A DNA stretch of 64,000 bases, taken from NCBI GenBank assembly GCA_000091205.1, contig AP006495.2, one strand, 5' to 3'. Position 1 is the stretch's first letter, and each line of letters begins with the position of its first letter. Below are positions 11,207 through 22,708 of this stretch, one piece after another. Source of the DNA: Cyanidioschyzon merolae. Lineage: Eukaryota. The notes beneath the pieces are model-generated. The model saw only the letters and a program-made list of their open reading frames with translations. It searched no databases and was not told the origin of the DNA. A program made the translations under genes and the position numbers.

Positions 11207-12214
11207 AGAATCGGGAACTATCAGGGAACCGTACCGCTCCCAAATACATCCACGGGCTCATCGCAGAGCTGCCGACGAAGCAGGTGCAGCTGCGTACGCT
11301 GCCGGTAACCCCGCGGCTCGGGCACCGTACGCGCAACCTGCGTCCAAGCGGCAAGCACCATCCTACCTGTTCCGAAATATGCTCCCAGAGGCGTCGGTCT
11401 CGTCTGTTTGCATCGTAAAGTGTCTTGAGCACGGAGATCAGTCATCGCGGCAATCACTTCCAATAGAGACTGCGTCACCGTTGTGCGTAAAGGGAGCGTA
11501 GACGAATTGGGACCAGTCGCACTGTTCTCCGGCGTGGATTTTCCTCCCGGTACTTATTTCATCATGCAAAACATCGCCTTCCACAATTCTTTTATCGAAT
11601 GAGATAGAGAACTCTCCGAACGATCGCCCACAATCAGCATGCGATCATCTGATGACGCACCGGACACGGAAGCGGAGGATGGCATCGGGACCTGAACTCG
11701 GACACCACCGCCCTCCGACTACTTGCACAGGAGCTGGAGGCTCAATTCGCACCATCAACCTCAAGCAGGAAATCGCATTGAGTACTTGGAAGCATTCCTG
11801 GCAACAACACAACGTTCACTGGTGCTGATGACACTGCAAAGAGATGCAGTCTTCAAGATCCATCCAGTGATGAATCTGGTGAACCTGTTTCGTTCAACTG
11901 CCTGACACAAGGGCAGCGCCTCGCGCACCCCGGCCTGCTGCGTACTCTGACCACATCCAGCGCGCAGCTGGAGCGCTCGCTGCTGGATCGCGCAGGCGAG
12001 CACGACCCGCCACCGCCGCCGCCGCCGCAGTAGCCGTCGTCGACGGCGGCACCACAGCGCGCACACCCTGCACTGCCCCGTGTCCGTAACATCTGCGCTG
12101 CGCTGCGTTACACGACATATCCGCCACACCGTTCCCACATCGTCGTCGCCGTCGACGTCGTCGTCGTCCTCGTACGTTCGCGTGTGTTTATCCCACCTGG
12201 TTCGTGAACGAGCA

Positions 12215-13558
12215 ATGTGGGCGTTTCTTGCGAGTCTTCCATTGCGCAGTCGCAGTGACTTTGTGTCCCGCTCGGTGCGGTTGGGGACGCCTCGTTCACT
12301 CCTCTCTGCTCGGACGACGCGACCCCTGAGCGCAAGCCCCGCAGCGTCGCTGGTAGCAGCAGAGGAGCGCGCAGCGGCTCCTGGCAACGATGCAATTAAG
12401 GTCATAACAGATGCCAGTACTTCTTCGGACACGAAGACCCGCGCGCCGAGTCGCTTCGAGCGAATGAGAGCCAAGTACGGTCTCAGTGACGTTTCTGAGC
12501 CCGAGGCAGCCCCGGCCTACAAGGAGCTCGACCAGGCTGTGCAAAATCTGAGCTACAAATATGAGCTGAACATGATAGTGAAAGGACGAGTGGTGCACTT
12601 TGAGCCGCGCGGCGCCCTGATCGACGTCGGCGCTAAAACTGCGGCGTATCTGCCGCTGAGCGAAGTGGCCATGGACCGAGTCAGCTCTCCCGAGGAGGTG
12701 CTGAAGATTGGCGAGGAGCGCGACTTTCAGATAATCGCCACGGAGGACACCGAGGGTCAGTTGCGAGTATCCATCAAACGGATTGAGTTTACGCGCACCT
12801 GGGAGAAGCTGCAGCAGGCGCTCGCCAACGACGAAGTTGTCCAGTGCGAGGTTGTTGCGGTGAACCGCGGCGGTGCCAGCGTCCGTATCGACTGTCTGCG
12901 CGGCTTTCTGCCGGCATCGCATATCGTGCTGGTACCAGGGTTCATTCCGGGCCTGCCGTCAGACCCGCGTTTGGAGGATCTCATGGGTAAGGAGCTGCCC
13001 GTTAAGCTGTTGGAAGTGGATCCCGAGAAGAGCCGTTTGGTCGTCTCACACCGGAGGGCGCTCGCTGAGAAAAGCCTCAAGAATGTCGAAACCGGGACCA
13101 TACTCGAGGGCACCGTACGCGGAATCAAGCCCTATGGTGTCTTTATCGAGTCGGGCGGTGTGTCGGGCTTGTTGCATATTAGCCAAATCTCCCACGAGCA
13201 CGTCGAAGATCTGACTAGTGTGTTTACGCTCGGCGACAAAGTGAAAGCGCTTGTAGTCTCGCAAGATCGCGAGAAAGGGCGTGTTTCGCTATCGACAAAA
13301 GTTCTGGAGCCAGAGCCTGGCGATATGCTGCGCTCGCCCCAAACAGTCTTCGAGCGTGCAGAGGAGATGGCGGCACGGTATCGCGAGCGGATCGCCGAGG
13401 AAGAACGCGCCCGAGCGGAGTATGCAAGCGATATTGTCGCAGGACTAGACGTTGCTTCTTTGGGCGTTGATGCGGAGGTGAATGGCGACGCAGGAGCGGG
13501 AGCGCAACGAGAGCATCCACGTCCAGATCAGGAAGAATCCTCTCCGGCATCTTCCTAA
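12215..13558 (+). CDS. organellar (plastid-type) 30S ribosomal protein S1 with N-terminal transit-peptide-like extension
   Basis: The track ORF starts at a GTG (12080), and the first ATG is at 12215 (MWAFLASLPLRSRS...). The N-terminal ~110 aa are Ser/Arg/Ala-rich. They are followed by three S1 RNA-binding domains (IVKGRVVHFEPRGALIDVGAKTAAYLPLSEV ... VQCEVVAVNRGGASVRIDCLRGFLPASH ... ILEGTVRGIKPYGVFIESGGVSGLLHISQIS). Confidence 0.8.
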   Translation: MWAFLASLPLRSRSDFVSRSVRLGTPRSLLSARTTRPLSASPAASLVAAEERAAAPGNDAIKVITDASTSSDTKTRAPSRFERMRAKYGLSDVSEPEAAPAYKELDQAVQNLSYKYELNMIVKGRVVHFEPRGALIDVGAKTAAYLPLSEVAMDRVSSPEEVLKIGEERDFQIIATEDTEGQLRVSIKRIEFTRTWEKLQQALANDEVVQCEVVAVNRGGASVRIDCLRGFLPASHIVLVPGFIPGLPSDPRLEDLMGKELPVKLLEVDPEKSRLVVSHRRALAEKSLKNVETGTILEGTVRGIKPYGVFIESGGVSGLLHISQISHEHVEDLTSVFTLGDKVKALVVSQDREKGRVSLSTKVLEPEPGDMLRSPQTVFERAEEMAARYRERIAEEERARAEYASDIVAGLDVASLGVDAEVNGDAGAGAQREHPRPDQEESSPASS

Positions 13559-13635
13559 TAGCCGATAATGACTTGCGCAGAGCGCCGACGCCCGGGTATG
13601 GACGGATGCAGCCCCATGGCGGCGTCAGCGAGGCG

Positions 13636-14355
13636 CTAGCTAAGTTTCGCAGGCCCGAAATCAAAACGACAGGCCTGCCGTTTGGTGGCATATGCTAGCC
13701 CTGGTTCTAACGTAAACTGTGACAAGTCGACGAAGTTGGCGCGATCCATGGCACAAAATAAGGATAACAGTTTGGGCACGCCCTCGAGGCGAAAGATTTC
13801 CTCGTAAAGACAGCGATGGATGAGGAGCACGTCGTGCGCTTCGGGATGCCGCGTCGGGGCCCAGCGCGCCTCAAACAATGGACCTAGGTCGGCAACGAAA
13901 CGCTCAGCAAGCATCAGACGAGCACGGCGCGGGTCTCGTGCGAGAAACAAGCGGAAGCGCACCATCAAGCGCTGCAGCAGTGATACGCTTTGCGGTGTGC
14001 TGTCACCCTGGACGCCGAACCCCTGTCGAACGACTCGGAGGGTGCGCTCTTCGTCGTTACTGAGCAGAGGGTAGAGCGTGCGATAGGCACCCAGCGCCCA
14101 TGAGGCCAAACGCACGTGCGTCTGGGAGCGTTCATCGAGCGTGGTCGTCTCGGGTACGGAAGCGGACGGTGTTCCAGCGGACGGTGCTAAGCGGCTACGT
14201 TCCAGACGCTCCAGGTGGTGCGTGTAGCGATCTTGTGCAGTTGAGGTTATCTGCTTTGCTATGTCAGCGAGCTCGGTTGCAGATGCGGAACGTAGCTCTG
14301 GTTGTTGCACGAGCGGTAGAGCTCGCAAAAATACGAAACGAAATAGCGTGTTCAT
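13636..14355 (-). CDS. hypothetical protein
   Basis: 239-aa ORF from an ATG, with no low-complexity bias and no recognised family. A mitochondrial assembly-factor-like fold is only a guess. Confidence 0.3.
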   Translation of the reverse strand: MNTLFRFVFLRALPLVQQPELRSASATELADIAKQITSTAQDRYTHHLERLERSRLAPSAGTPSASVPETTTLDERSQTHVRLASWALGAYRTLYPLLSNDEERTLRVVRQGFGVQGDSTPQSVSLLQRLMVRFRLFLARDPRRARLMLAERFVADLGPLFEARWAPTRHPEAHDVLLIHRCLYEEIFRLEGVPKLLSLFCAMDRANFVDLSQFTLEPGLAYATKRQACRFDFGPAKLS

Positions 14356-15399
14356 TGAAGAAAACGAGCAAGAAAAAGTGCCAGGGACGGGAGCGCTAGG
14401 GGCGTCACCGGTGCGGCGACGGCAGCCGGAGCAGCGTCCGCGTAAAAACGTACGCTGCCTGGCGTCACGAAGAGGCTGCTAGAGCAGCGAGATGGCAGTA
14501 CTGCGAAATGCGACCTGGCTCGTTGTTAGGGTAGCACGAACGCTATGCAGGCAGATGACTATCGCCAAACGGACGTCCTGATCAGGCTCGTCTACCGGGC
14601 TGCGACTCGCAAGCAACGGGAACCCAGAAACGCGCTGGTAGAACTGGCCTCGCCTCGTCACGAACGCGTAAAACAGCACGAACGAATACGAGTGAAAGCC
14701 CACATGTCGTCTGGAAGATCAACAGGGCTTACACTTTGTCAGGAGCCGATAATCGTGGCATAGCTGGGATCCCCCGGTTCCTGTGAAAGATCCTAGACTC
14801 CGAGAGACGCACGGCTTTGCAGAGAATGTGCGTAGTGAGACGTGAGACGCGGTTCCGGCGTGCGAGTAGCGGCGTTTGTCGACCTCAAACGCCTTATCCG
14901 GGATGAGCGTGCGTATGCGCAGAAACATGTCTGTGAATCAAACAGTGTCCCATGTCCGTATGGAGTAAATGCATACCCACTCATAGAAGCCTCCCGGTCT
15001 TTTTTGACCGGCCGCATACGATCTGTTTCAGTTTATCCGGGCGCTGTCCGAGCGCGAGAGACTGCCCCACGAAGGCAGAACGCCGCATCTCCTCGGGCCA
15101 CGTCTTCAACGTCGCACATTGTCTGATACTGATGGCGGCATTGAAGCCTCGGTTCACGAACTCCATGCGTTCATTGCCTCGGATGAGACGCAACCACGCA
15201 AGAATTGCGAGAACTCGAGCTCTCTATGCCATTTGGTGCTGTGCCAGCTTTCCGTGCTTTGCTATCGCCGAGGCGCTCTGCTGGCCTTTCTCAATCTCGA
15301 TCTTCTGAAGTGTGTGCATCCCAGTTCATCCCCTGGATTTTGAAAATGGCCGCAGTGCTTTATGCACTCGGAAGAGGACACTCCGTGAGAAGGAAGGAC

Positions 15400-16110
15400 T
15401 TGCACAAGAAAGACGTTATGTGCCCCTTTTTCACCATTAGCTGCAAGCTGCAGCGATTCTTCCGATGCAGCGATCATTATGTTCCACGATAGAACACACC
15501 TCTTCGATGGGACTCAACTACGGAGCGTACGAAGGAATGAAAAGCAGCCCTTCACTGGTAGAATCCGCAAAAGCACAAACGCGAACGGTAATGGTGAAAT
15601 GCCACGTTGTACAGTGGAAGGACGTCGAGAAACGTCAGGGGAAAAGTCTTCATTTATTCGACAAAGTGATTGGTGCAGTTGTGTGAGCATTTTCTACGAA
15701 AAATCTGAAAACGCCAAACGATTCCACAGCAGTCAGAACAGATGATGATGCGGTCATTCTCTTCGAGATCGATCGTACATACAACGGGCCCCCTGCGCCG
15801 CGAATACCCATAAACTCTCCGACTTTTTCATCCGAACCAGATCTCATCTACCGAAAAAAAAACAAATTGGTGTCAATCTGTTTTATACCGATCGCAACGT
15901 TCCAGGAATTCTCTTGATGCGATTTCGTTGGAAGAGAGCCGTGCCTGAACGAGGACTGTTTTTTTGCGGCTGTATCCAAGTGTTTTCAGGACCACACGAA
16001 CAAGCTGATGAGAAACGGAGACGCCCGAGGTTGATACGATCGCCGCTTTTGCTTTCCGTACGGCGACCAACATGCCCTTCTCTACCATTGACCGCAAGCG
16101 TGCTTTGAAA
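15400..16110 (-). mobile_element. degenerate Tc1/mariner-like transposase remnant, copy 1
   Basis: Minus-strand ORF fragments encode a Tc1-type HTH (VSTSGVSVSHQLVRVVLKTLGYSRKKTVLVQARL) and a downstream MGIRGAGGPLYVRS fragment. The region is about 70% identical at nucleotide level to an inverted copy at 39100-39810 (for example atgggtattcgcggcgcagggggcccgttgtatgtacgatcgatctc versus ttcgaggtattgggagctcggtgtatgtacgatcgaactc). Frames are broken by stops. Confidence 0.45.
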
Positions 16111-16747
16111 ACACCATGTTTGGCGCGGAGCGCGTATACTTGTACATTTCAGTGTTCCGCAACCGTCCGCGTCCTGTTTTATGACTGACCGGAAGGAGGA
16201 ATACAGTTCTCCTTACACTCTTCAGTAAAGAATATGTATCCTACATACAATTCGTCTACGATCTATTCGATAGATTGCATCGTGATGTCGATTGCCTGCT
16301 ATACACCGCATCAAGGGCGAAACAACATGAAATTGAATGGCGACAGTTACCGAGCCGCTCGCTCGGATTCGTATTCCTCTTCCAGCGGCATTGGCTGAAC
16401 GCCGCTTTACCACGAGGGGTGTCCCATAAAGCGAGTGCTTGTTCAGTGCGCGCCCACAGTGAACACGAAACCTTCTCTGACTGTTTCGTGTTGCCAGTGC
16501 TCGTGGTGCGCCTCGCGTCTACCACGAAAGCGTCCCTCTTCTCAAACGCGTTGCCTCGTGCTGCGCACCGTGCACTCCGCGACGCTGCACCAGCACCGTA
16601 TCGAGCAGCTTTTCTCACACTCAAGCGAGTCTTCTCGTACGGAAAAACGCTCTCGTTTCCATCGGAAAAGAGCTGTAGGTAGCGGGTGCCGCTCGAGTTT
16701 CTGCGGCCAGTCGGCCGGCTGTCGCTCGCGTTTGGTAAACCCTATCC

Positions 16748-17659
16748 ATGGGTAAACGCGTCGCTGACGCCGTTCATGGCTCATTTACCCCGTTCAATCT
16801 TCTGTGCCTTTGCATTCTGGCTTTCGCGGGTTGCTTCACGCCTGCTATTGCGGTAACGACGTTTCCCGGAGCCGGCCAAGTCGTTCAGGCTGGCGAGAGG
16901 CGGCTCGCTCAGCTCGCGCTGAAGGCAACCGACTCGATGCACCCGTGCTGGACGCGCCTCTATGAGCAGTTTGCATACGATACGGAGACGGAGATCGGAT
17001 GCCGTGGTGGTGTCGAACGCCCAGCTATGCTGATGCTAACCTGCCACCTTTCGAGCTCAGGGCGCCTGTCGAACGCGTCGCAACCGCTCCAGCAACTCTA
17101 TACAGATTTCATCAAGTTGACGCGCTACCTCAACACGACGCAATCATCACTGCAGGCAACAAATGAAGCGAACCGCGTCAGTCGCGCTTCCCCGCTATCA
17201 TCGGAGCGCTTCGAGTTTGACGTGTCGGGTATTGCGGCAGAGCTGAGCCCTCATGAGTTCCAGCTGTACTCGCTGTTCTTCGCCCACTGCGCCTCGATCT
17301 GTTACTTCCTGCTGGCATATAGACATACCGCTCAGGTGAAAGAGGCCGTTCAACAGATGCAGGCGGACGCAACGGCTGCAATGCATGCCATGCAGGTGGC
17401 TCTCGAGAGGCAGCCGCCCGGTCACCCGGTACGCGAAGTTTTTCTCGGCTCGCCGCTTCTTTTCGTGGTGACGATCGGATGGTTACTGCACATTCGTTTC
17501 GGTCGCTGGATGCTATTAGTTCTCATTGCTATTTATGCTGCAGGTGGATGGGTCGCGATTGCCGGTATGCCGGTACCGCTCGTGTTCATCCGATTGCTGT
17601 TTTGGCTGCGCCGTCGCTTCGACGAGCCGCTCGCGTTAGCACATTACGCTGGAAGTTGA
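16748..17659 (+). CDS. hypothetical membrane protein (signal peptide plus C-terminal TM helices)
   Basis: 303-aa ORF from an ATG. It has an N-terminal hydrophobic signal (FNLLCLCILAFAGCF) and two or three C-terminal TM helices (LLFVVTIGWLLHI, MLLVLIAIYAAGGWVAIAGMPVPLVFI). No family was recognised. Confidence 0.3.
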   Translation: MGKRVADAVHGSFTPFNLLCLCILAFAGCFTPAIAVTTFPGAGQVVQAGERRLAQLALKATDSMHPCWTRLYEQFAYDTETEIGCRGGVERPAMLMLTCHLSSSGRLSNASQPLQQLYTDFIKLTRYLNTTQSSLQATNEANRVSRASPLSSERFEFDVSGIAAELSPHEFQLYSLFFAHCASICYFLLAYRHTAQVKEAVQQMQADATAAMHAMQVALERQPPGHPVREVFLGSPLLFVVTIGWLLHIRFGRWMLLVLIAIYAAGGWVAIAGMPVPLVFIRLLFWLRRRFDEPLALAHYAGS

Positions 17660-18516
17660 AGCTTCTTGGGACGTATGGCAAAACGCGACGCGCTCTCGAT
17701 ATGTGTCGCTGGGGCAGCGACCTGCGTCCGTAATGATGCCCTCAAGCAGACGACGACGGCGATGACGTTAGCAGCGGCGACGCGAGCGTTCCTCTAGCAC
17801 TCGCCCACGACGGGAGGTGCTTCGGGCGTTCTTCTTCAGAGAGGTAGATCTGGCTCCGAGAAGAGAGCCTCGCCTCCTCTGTCTGTAAAGAACTCGGCTC
17901 CGTCCCAGTCCTGAATGCGTCACAGCGCTTCGCCGCTACTGATTCGGAGCACTGCATCCAACGCTCGCTTGGTCAGCTTTGGTAGCCTCTTGCATGTGTG
18001 GTGCGCAACGCTCACCTGTGCGCTCTGCGTTCTCGGCGGCTCGCGCATTGGATGCATGAGCCGGGATAACGCCCGACTACGGGAGGCACTACGTACCGCA
18101 CAGACGACTCGAGTCATCAATCGATCCGTCGGATCAAAGGATGTGCAGGAACCGAGGCGCAAACATGTTCATTTGTGAGACTGCATCCACAAGAAATCGC
18201 CCATATCCAGCCACAATGTTCCCGATCATCAGGCGACGCCAGCGACGCTACCGCCGTCAACAGCGAAGAGCGATCCACCAGAACACAGGATATTCAAACA
18301 CCCGTCAGGGCACGGTGCTTCAGGCGGGCGTCGACTCCCCGCTCCCGTCAGCGGCATCGCGTCTGCGTTGTGCCAGCCAGTCAGCCAGTCAGTCGGAACG
18401 CAGCACTGGAATCAACAGGCCTGCGCCTCGTGGTGACCAGCGATTGCACATCCTGCAGATCAGGCCAAAAAAGACATCTGGATTATGAAATAAAGAGCGC
18501 GGTACATGGCAGCGCT

Positions 18517-19908
18517 TCAGGATTCCGACACCATCATTGGTGCTTGCGCGTTATCCATTTCCGCGTCGCTGCTCGGGGTGGTAACCGATTCACCTCGGGA
18601 TCTGTTTGCATCGGCCTGCTCGGAAGATTCGGTACCGGATTCTTGTGCAGGATGCGCGAACGTACAACCGGGTCGCGTGCACGACCAACCGTAGCGGCAC
18701 AAGGGAGCGTGGCTGAAGGCGCACGTTCCCAGGGCTATCTTACGACAATCTTTTCCGTAGCGGCAGGCAAGCAGCGGGTGCGCATACGGACAGGAACGAT
18801 CCTTCCGGCGTCGTTCACAGGCGAATCCATACTTGCACGGAATGGGGATGCCGTGATGCAGTGGCATGCCCATCGCTTTCCGCATGAGTGCCAGAGTCGC
18901 CGAGCTGCCAGAGCGACTTGTCGGATGAATAAAGCGACAGCGGTCTCCCGATCGACAGTTTGGATAGAAACGACACAACTCGGTAGGATGGTGGAACTTG
19001 CAGGCGCTCGCATTCCGACAATTTGGCCAAAACTGACACCTCGGAGGCAAGTCGCTTGCCGTTGACGCGCTACCGGGGTCCGAGTCGCACGCGTTGCTGT
19101 CCTGCGGACCCGTGGTCTGCTTCTCGGCTGGTGTGGATTGTGTAGGCGCCTCGTCTCGCGTCTGGACTGGCTCGTCCATAAGCTCACCCCGCTGCTGCGA
19201 TGCGTTCTCGTTCTCCATGCGCCGCTTTTTCCAGGTTTCGCCCGTGTGACTTACCTGCCGTTGTGATGTTCGCGCTTCACGTGAGGTCCTCTGCTGCTGT
19301 CGTTTTCCAGTGGCGCTTGTTGATCTTTTGTCCAGTTGTGGTTCCCTATTATGCACCGACTCTGAGTCAGAAGCTGGTCTAGCTGCTAGGTTTTCCGCGC
19401 CGTTCAACGCTGCCGGCGACTGCTCGACTGGTAGCGCTTGACGTCCCTCGGAAGTCGCCGTTGTCTGAGCCTCCTGGTTCAACGCGCAGGCGTCGCGTTT
19501 TCCATCTACATCTCCCTTAGAGGCGTTGGCGTTCTGGGTTTCGTGCACATCATGATCATTCTCAAGTGACTTCCCGGGACGACTGCGCTTTTGCTCGCGC
19601 TGCGAGGCGGCGTCTGTCGACAGTTGCCTCAGTTCTCCCGAGACCAACTGGATAATTTCATCACCTAGGCCTGCTCGCTCACCCGCAAGAAGAGAGTTAA
19701 GCTCTCCGGCCATAAATTCTGCGCTGCGTCGGTTCTCAACCATGGTCAAGATGTACTCGGGAAGCATTTCCTCCACGGGGTGCGGCCCCGCTCCGAAGAG
19801 TGCACGCAGACGCTCCTGAAGTTTGCCGAGCAACGCAGTCCGTTCTTCATGGTTGAGTTTTCGCTCTAACAGAACCCCGCCTTGCGCACCCTGTGCTGCA
19901 GTGTTCAT
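18517..19908 (-). CDS. Nab2/ZC3H14-type tandem CCCH zinc-finger poly(A)-RNA-binding protein
   Basis: 463-aa ORF from an ATG. It has an N-terminal Nab2-like helical domain (LLGKLQERLRALFG ... LPEYILTMVENRRSAEFMAGELNSLL). The C-terminus carries five to six C-X5-C-X4-6-C-X3-H fingers (CQFWPNCRNASACKFHHP, CRFYPNCRSGDRCRFIHP, CKYGFACERRRKDRSCPYAHP, CRYGKDCRKIALGTCAFSH, CRYGWSCTRPGCTFAHP). Confidence 0.6.
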   Translation of the reverse strand: MNTAAQGAQGGVLLERKLNHEERTALLGKLQERLRALFGAGPHPVEEMLPEYILTMVENRRSAEFMAGELNSLLAGERAGLGDEIIQLVSGELRQLSTDAASQREQKRSRPGKSLENDHDVHETQNANASKGDVDGKRDACALNQEAQTTATSEGRQALPVEQSPAALNGAENLAARPASDSESVHNREPQLDKRSTSATGKRQQQRTSREARTSQRQVSHTGETWKKRRMENENASQQRGELMDEPVQTRDEAPTQSTPAEKQTTGPQDSNACDSDPGSASTASDLPPRCQFWPNCRNASACKFHHPTELCRFYPNCRSGDRCRFIHPTSRSGSSATLALMRKAMGMPLHHGIPIPCKYGFACERRRKDRSCPYAHPLLACRYGKDCRKIALGTCAFSHAPLCRYGWSCTRPGCTFAHPAQESGTESSEQADANRSRGESVTTPSSDAEMDNAQAPMMVSES

Positions 19909-22586
19909 AATACAAACGAAAACTTAGCCGTGAGGTCTGAAACCCCGCCAAAGCGTGTCTCGAGAAGCCTTGTGGATAAAAACGCACGTGGCAGAGTCGG
20001 CTTCGACGCACACCGTTATGCTCATTTGTATAGACTTGTACAGTTCTCGGTTTGAGCGCTGTGTGGCGTACGCGTTTCAACTCCTGCCTCAGCAACCTGA
20101 AAATCGTTCGTCTTTTTGGCACGACTCGCGAGTCAAAGGTCTCTATCGCAGACGCTGCGGTGCCTGGGAAGCGTCAAGATATAGAGGCGCCTTTGCGGCA
20201 CGGTTGGGTTCAGCTCCAGGGTTCAGGGACGTGTACGGTATGCGAGTCCGCTGGCGCTCGTCGAAGAGTGCCGCTGCTGTGCGTGTCTGGTAAGGGCGCC
20301 GTCGACGTTTGGCACCAGCGTTGGGAGTGCAGCCAGCCCTTGTGGACTCGAAGAGCTATTCACAAACATCAAACGGTCTTTCAGTGAAGGTGGCAAGCTG
20401 CGAACTAAAATCGAGCAAGCTATGCTTGACACTAGGACGTGGAGGGCGCTATCCTGGTTTAGAGGCCGCTGCGATGCGCGCCTCGTTCTCGAGTTTCACG
20501 TGGTTGCTGCCGGGCCAGCTTGGGGAGAGCAAATACATTGGGAGCGCATTGGCATAGCGACGGCTTCGGGATAGGGATCAGGCAGGAGCAGACGAATACG
20601 CCCGTGTGGAACGTCGGACAGGTGTCGGCAAACGCATCGTGTCGCCCAAAACGCTCAGCAAGTCACCAATATTCTGTGTATTTGCATCGGTTGCTGGAAG
20701 ACGGCTCATATGTTGTGAAATGCTATATATCGTTCATGAGCATATACAGCGCGTAATGTGTGCTGACGAACGTCTAGAGATCAGTGGGCAACATCCTTGC
20801 AGGTCTGCCGGCCTGATATGGTTAACGTCATTCATTGACGAGAGCGCGCTTTCCTTGAGGGTACCAGGGTGCTTATTGAACGCAGTATGGTGCAAGCTGG
20901 CCAGGGAAATGGAGAATTTTCGCATGTGCCCCGCATTCCCCGCGTCGCCTTTTAGGAGCTCTGTGGATAATCAGCATGGCACGCAGCTGATGAGGTGCTC
21001 CTGCTGCCCTAGTCTCCGTTTATGCCTGAAACAGATGATTGCCATTCAAGTGAATGCAGGATGTGCCAGTAACTCGCATGGAGACGGTTTCGTGCCGTAA
21101 CGCACAGTGGCCCACTGACCACATGCGCGATGAGACTTCTACGCACTCGCACAGTTCGGTAATAGACGCCTGCTGATAAAGGTATCCGCACGCACCTGAT
21201 ATGCTTTGAGAGAGTCCACTGCACAACCAAGTTGTAGCAGAGTAGCACGACCGCTTTGCTCGTTGCTTGGCAACCAGCGGGGTGACAGCCGTGCACGCGC
21301 CACGGCATCCGGCGCGGCTCGTTCCCAAGTGGACGGCATTAGAAGAAGAAGCTCTCCGTTGCTGCATGTAGAGAGTGCCCAATGCATCGAGGCGCTTGAT
21401 CCGACGTGAATTAGAGACGCTTTCGGAGTCAGAGATCGTCCGCAAGACGCCGTGTCCAAGGTCTGCGTAGGAGCTGGCGCACTTGCTGATGGCCGTCTTG
21501 CACCATTCGAGGATACACGAGCGCACTACGGGATATCGTTGCGCAGCGTCTGAAACTCCCTTGTCGTAAACGTTGTCCAAGAGGTCGATCATAATGTCTG
21601 ACGATGTTGGCACCGACAACGAGTCGCAGGATCTAGTGTACGCACGGAACAAGGTGCGCAGCGCCCACACTGCTCATTCAGGACGCTTCGAACGGACTTG
21701 CGCAAGAAAGTCGCTACCGAGGCATCGTTCTGACCCAAATGCGCCTGCTTCGCCGTTTCTGGTCCGCGCTGCTGTGTGCACAATGAGGCAAACGGGCAGG
21801 ATACGGAAGAGCCTTTCATCGTCATGTAGGACATCATGGCGCTGGCCTTGTGGGATCCTCGACACGGACTTGAGGCCGTCCGAGCATGTGCTGGGGCAGT
21901 CCTTCAGCCAACACGTATGTCCGCAGGCGCATGCTCCCCTGCAAGGCATCCTTTAGGGTTTTTGTAAAGGTCTAGGATGTCGCTGGGCCGTCGCTCGCCC
22001 CCGCACCGCTTTGGACGAAGACTCACCAGACCAGACCCGCCTCATTCAGTCACCACCACCAGTACATGGACCGACAGCATTCGTGGCAGAAGGCGCTGGA
22101 ATTCCGTAGCTGCTCGAAAACCGGGGAAGCGTACAAGCATCGCACGCTACGCAAACGTTCGTCTGTGCTGTACGTTGCACCTGGATGCAACTAGAGCAAG
22201 TTACACCACAGAGCACACTGTGCAATGCCCCGGATTCGACTCGAGCCGCAACCGGCAGGCTCAAATTGACAAACCGCCTCTATGCATCAACTGGAGCGTC
22301 CGGAAAAGAGCTGCCTGCTTTTCGCCGGTAATCGACTGTGTCCGTTCATCAAGCGCATGTAGATCAACATGTCATCGATCGCACATGATCTGCGGGCGCG
22401 CGCGCCCGTGCTGACGCATCGCCTGATGAACTACAGGATGGCACTTTTGGGGAATTCCCTGATTTCACGGAGGGAATTCCCTAATCGTAGCGGCATCATC
22501 GGAGCCACTCGATCCCGGCCTGTCGTCATGTGCACGAATCGTTCAACTGAATCTTTGCTTGAAGCGATACGATGGAAGCATCGTAG

Positions 22587-22676
22587 ATGCGGTGTTGTGA
22601 GCTGGGACCGAATACCGGGGCTGATCAACCAGAGCGCACCGAGCCTCCGTCCGAGACCAGCGAAAGTGATGAGGTC

Positions 22677-22708
<32 letters not shown>

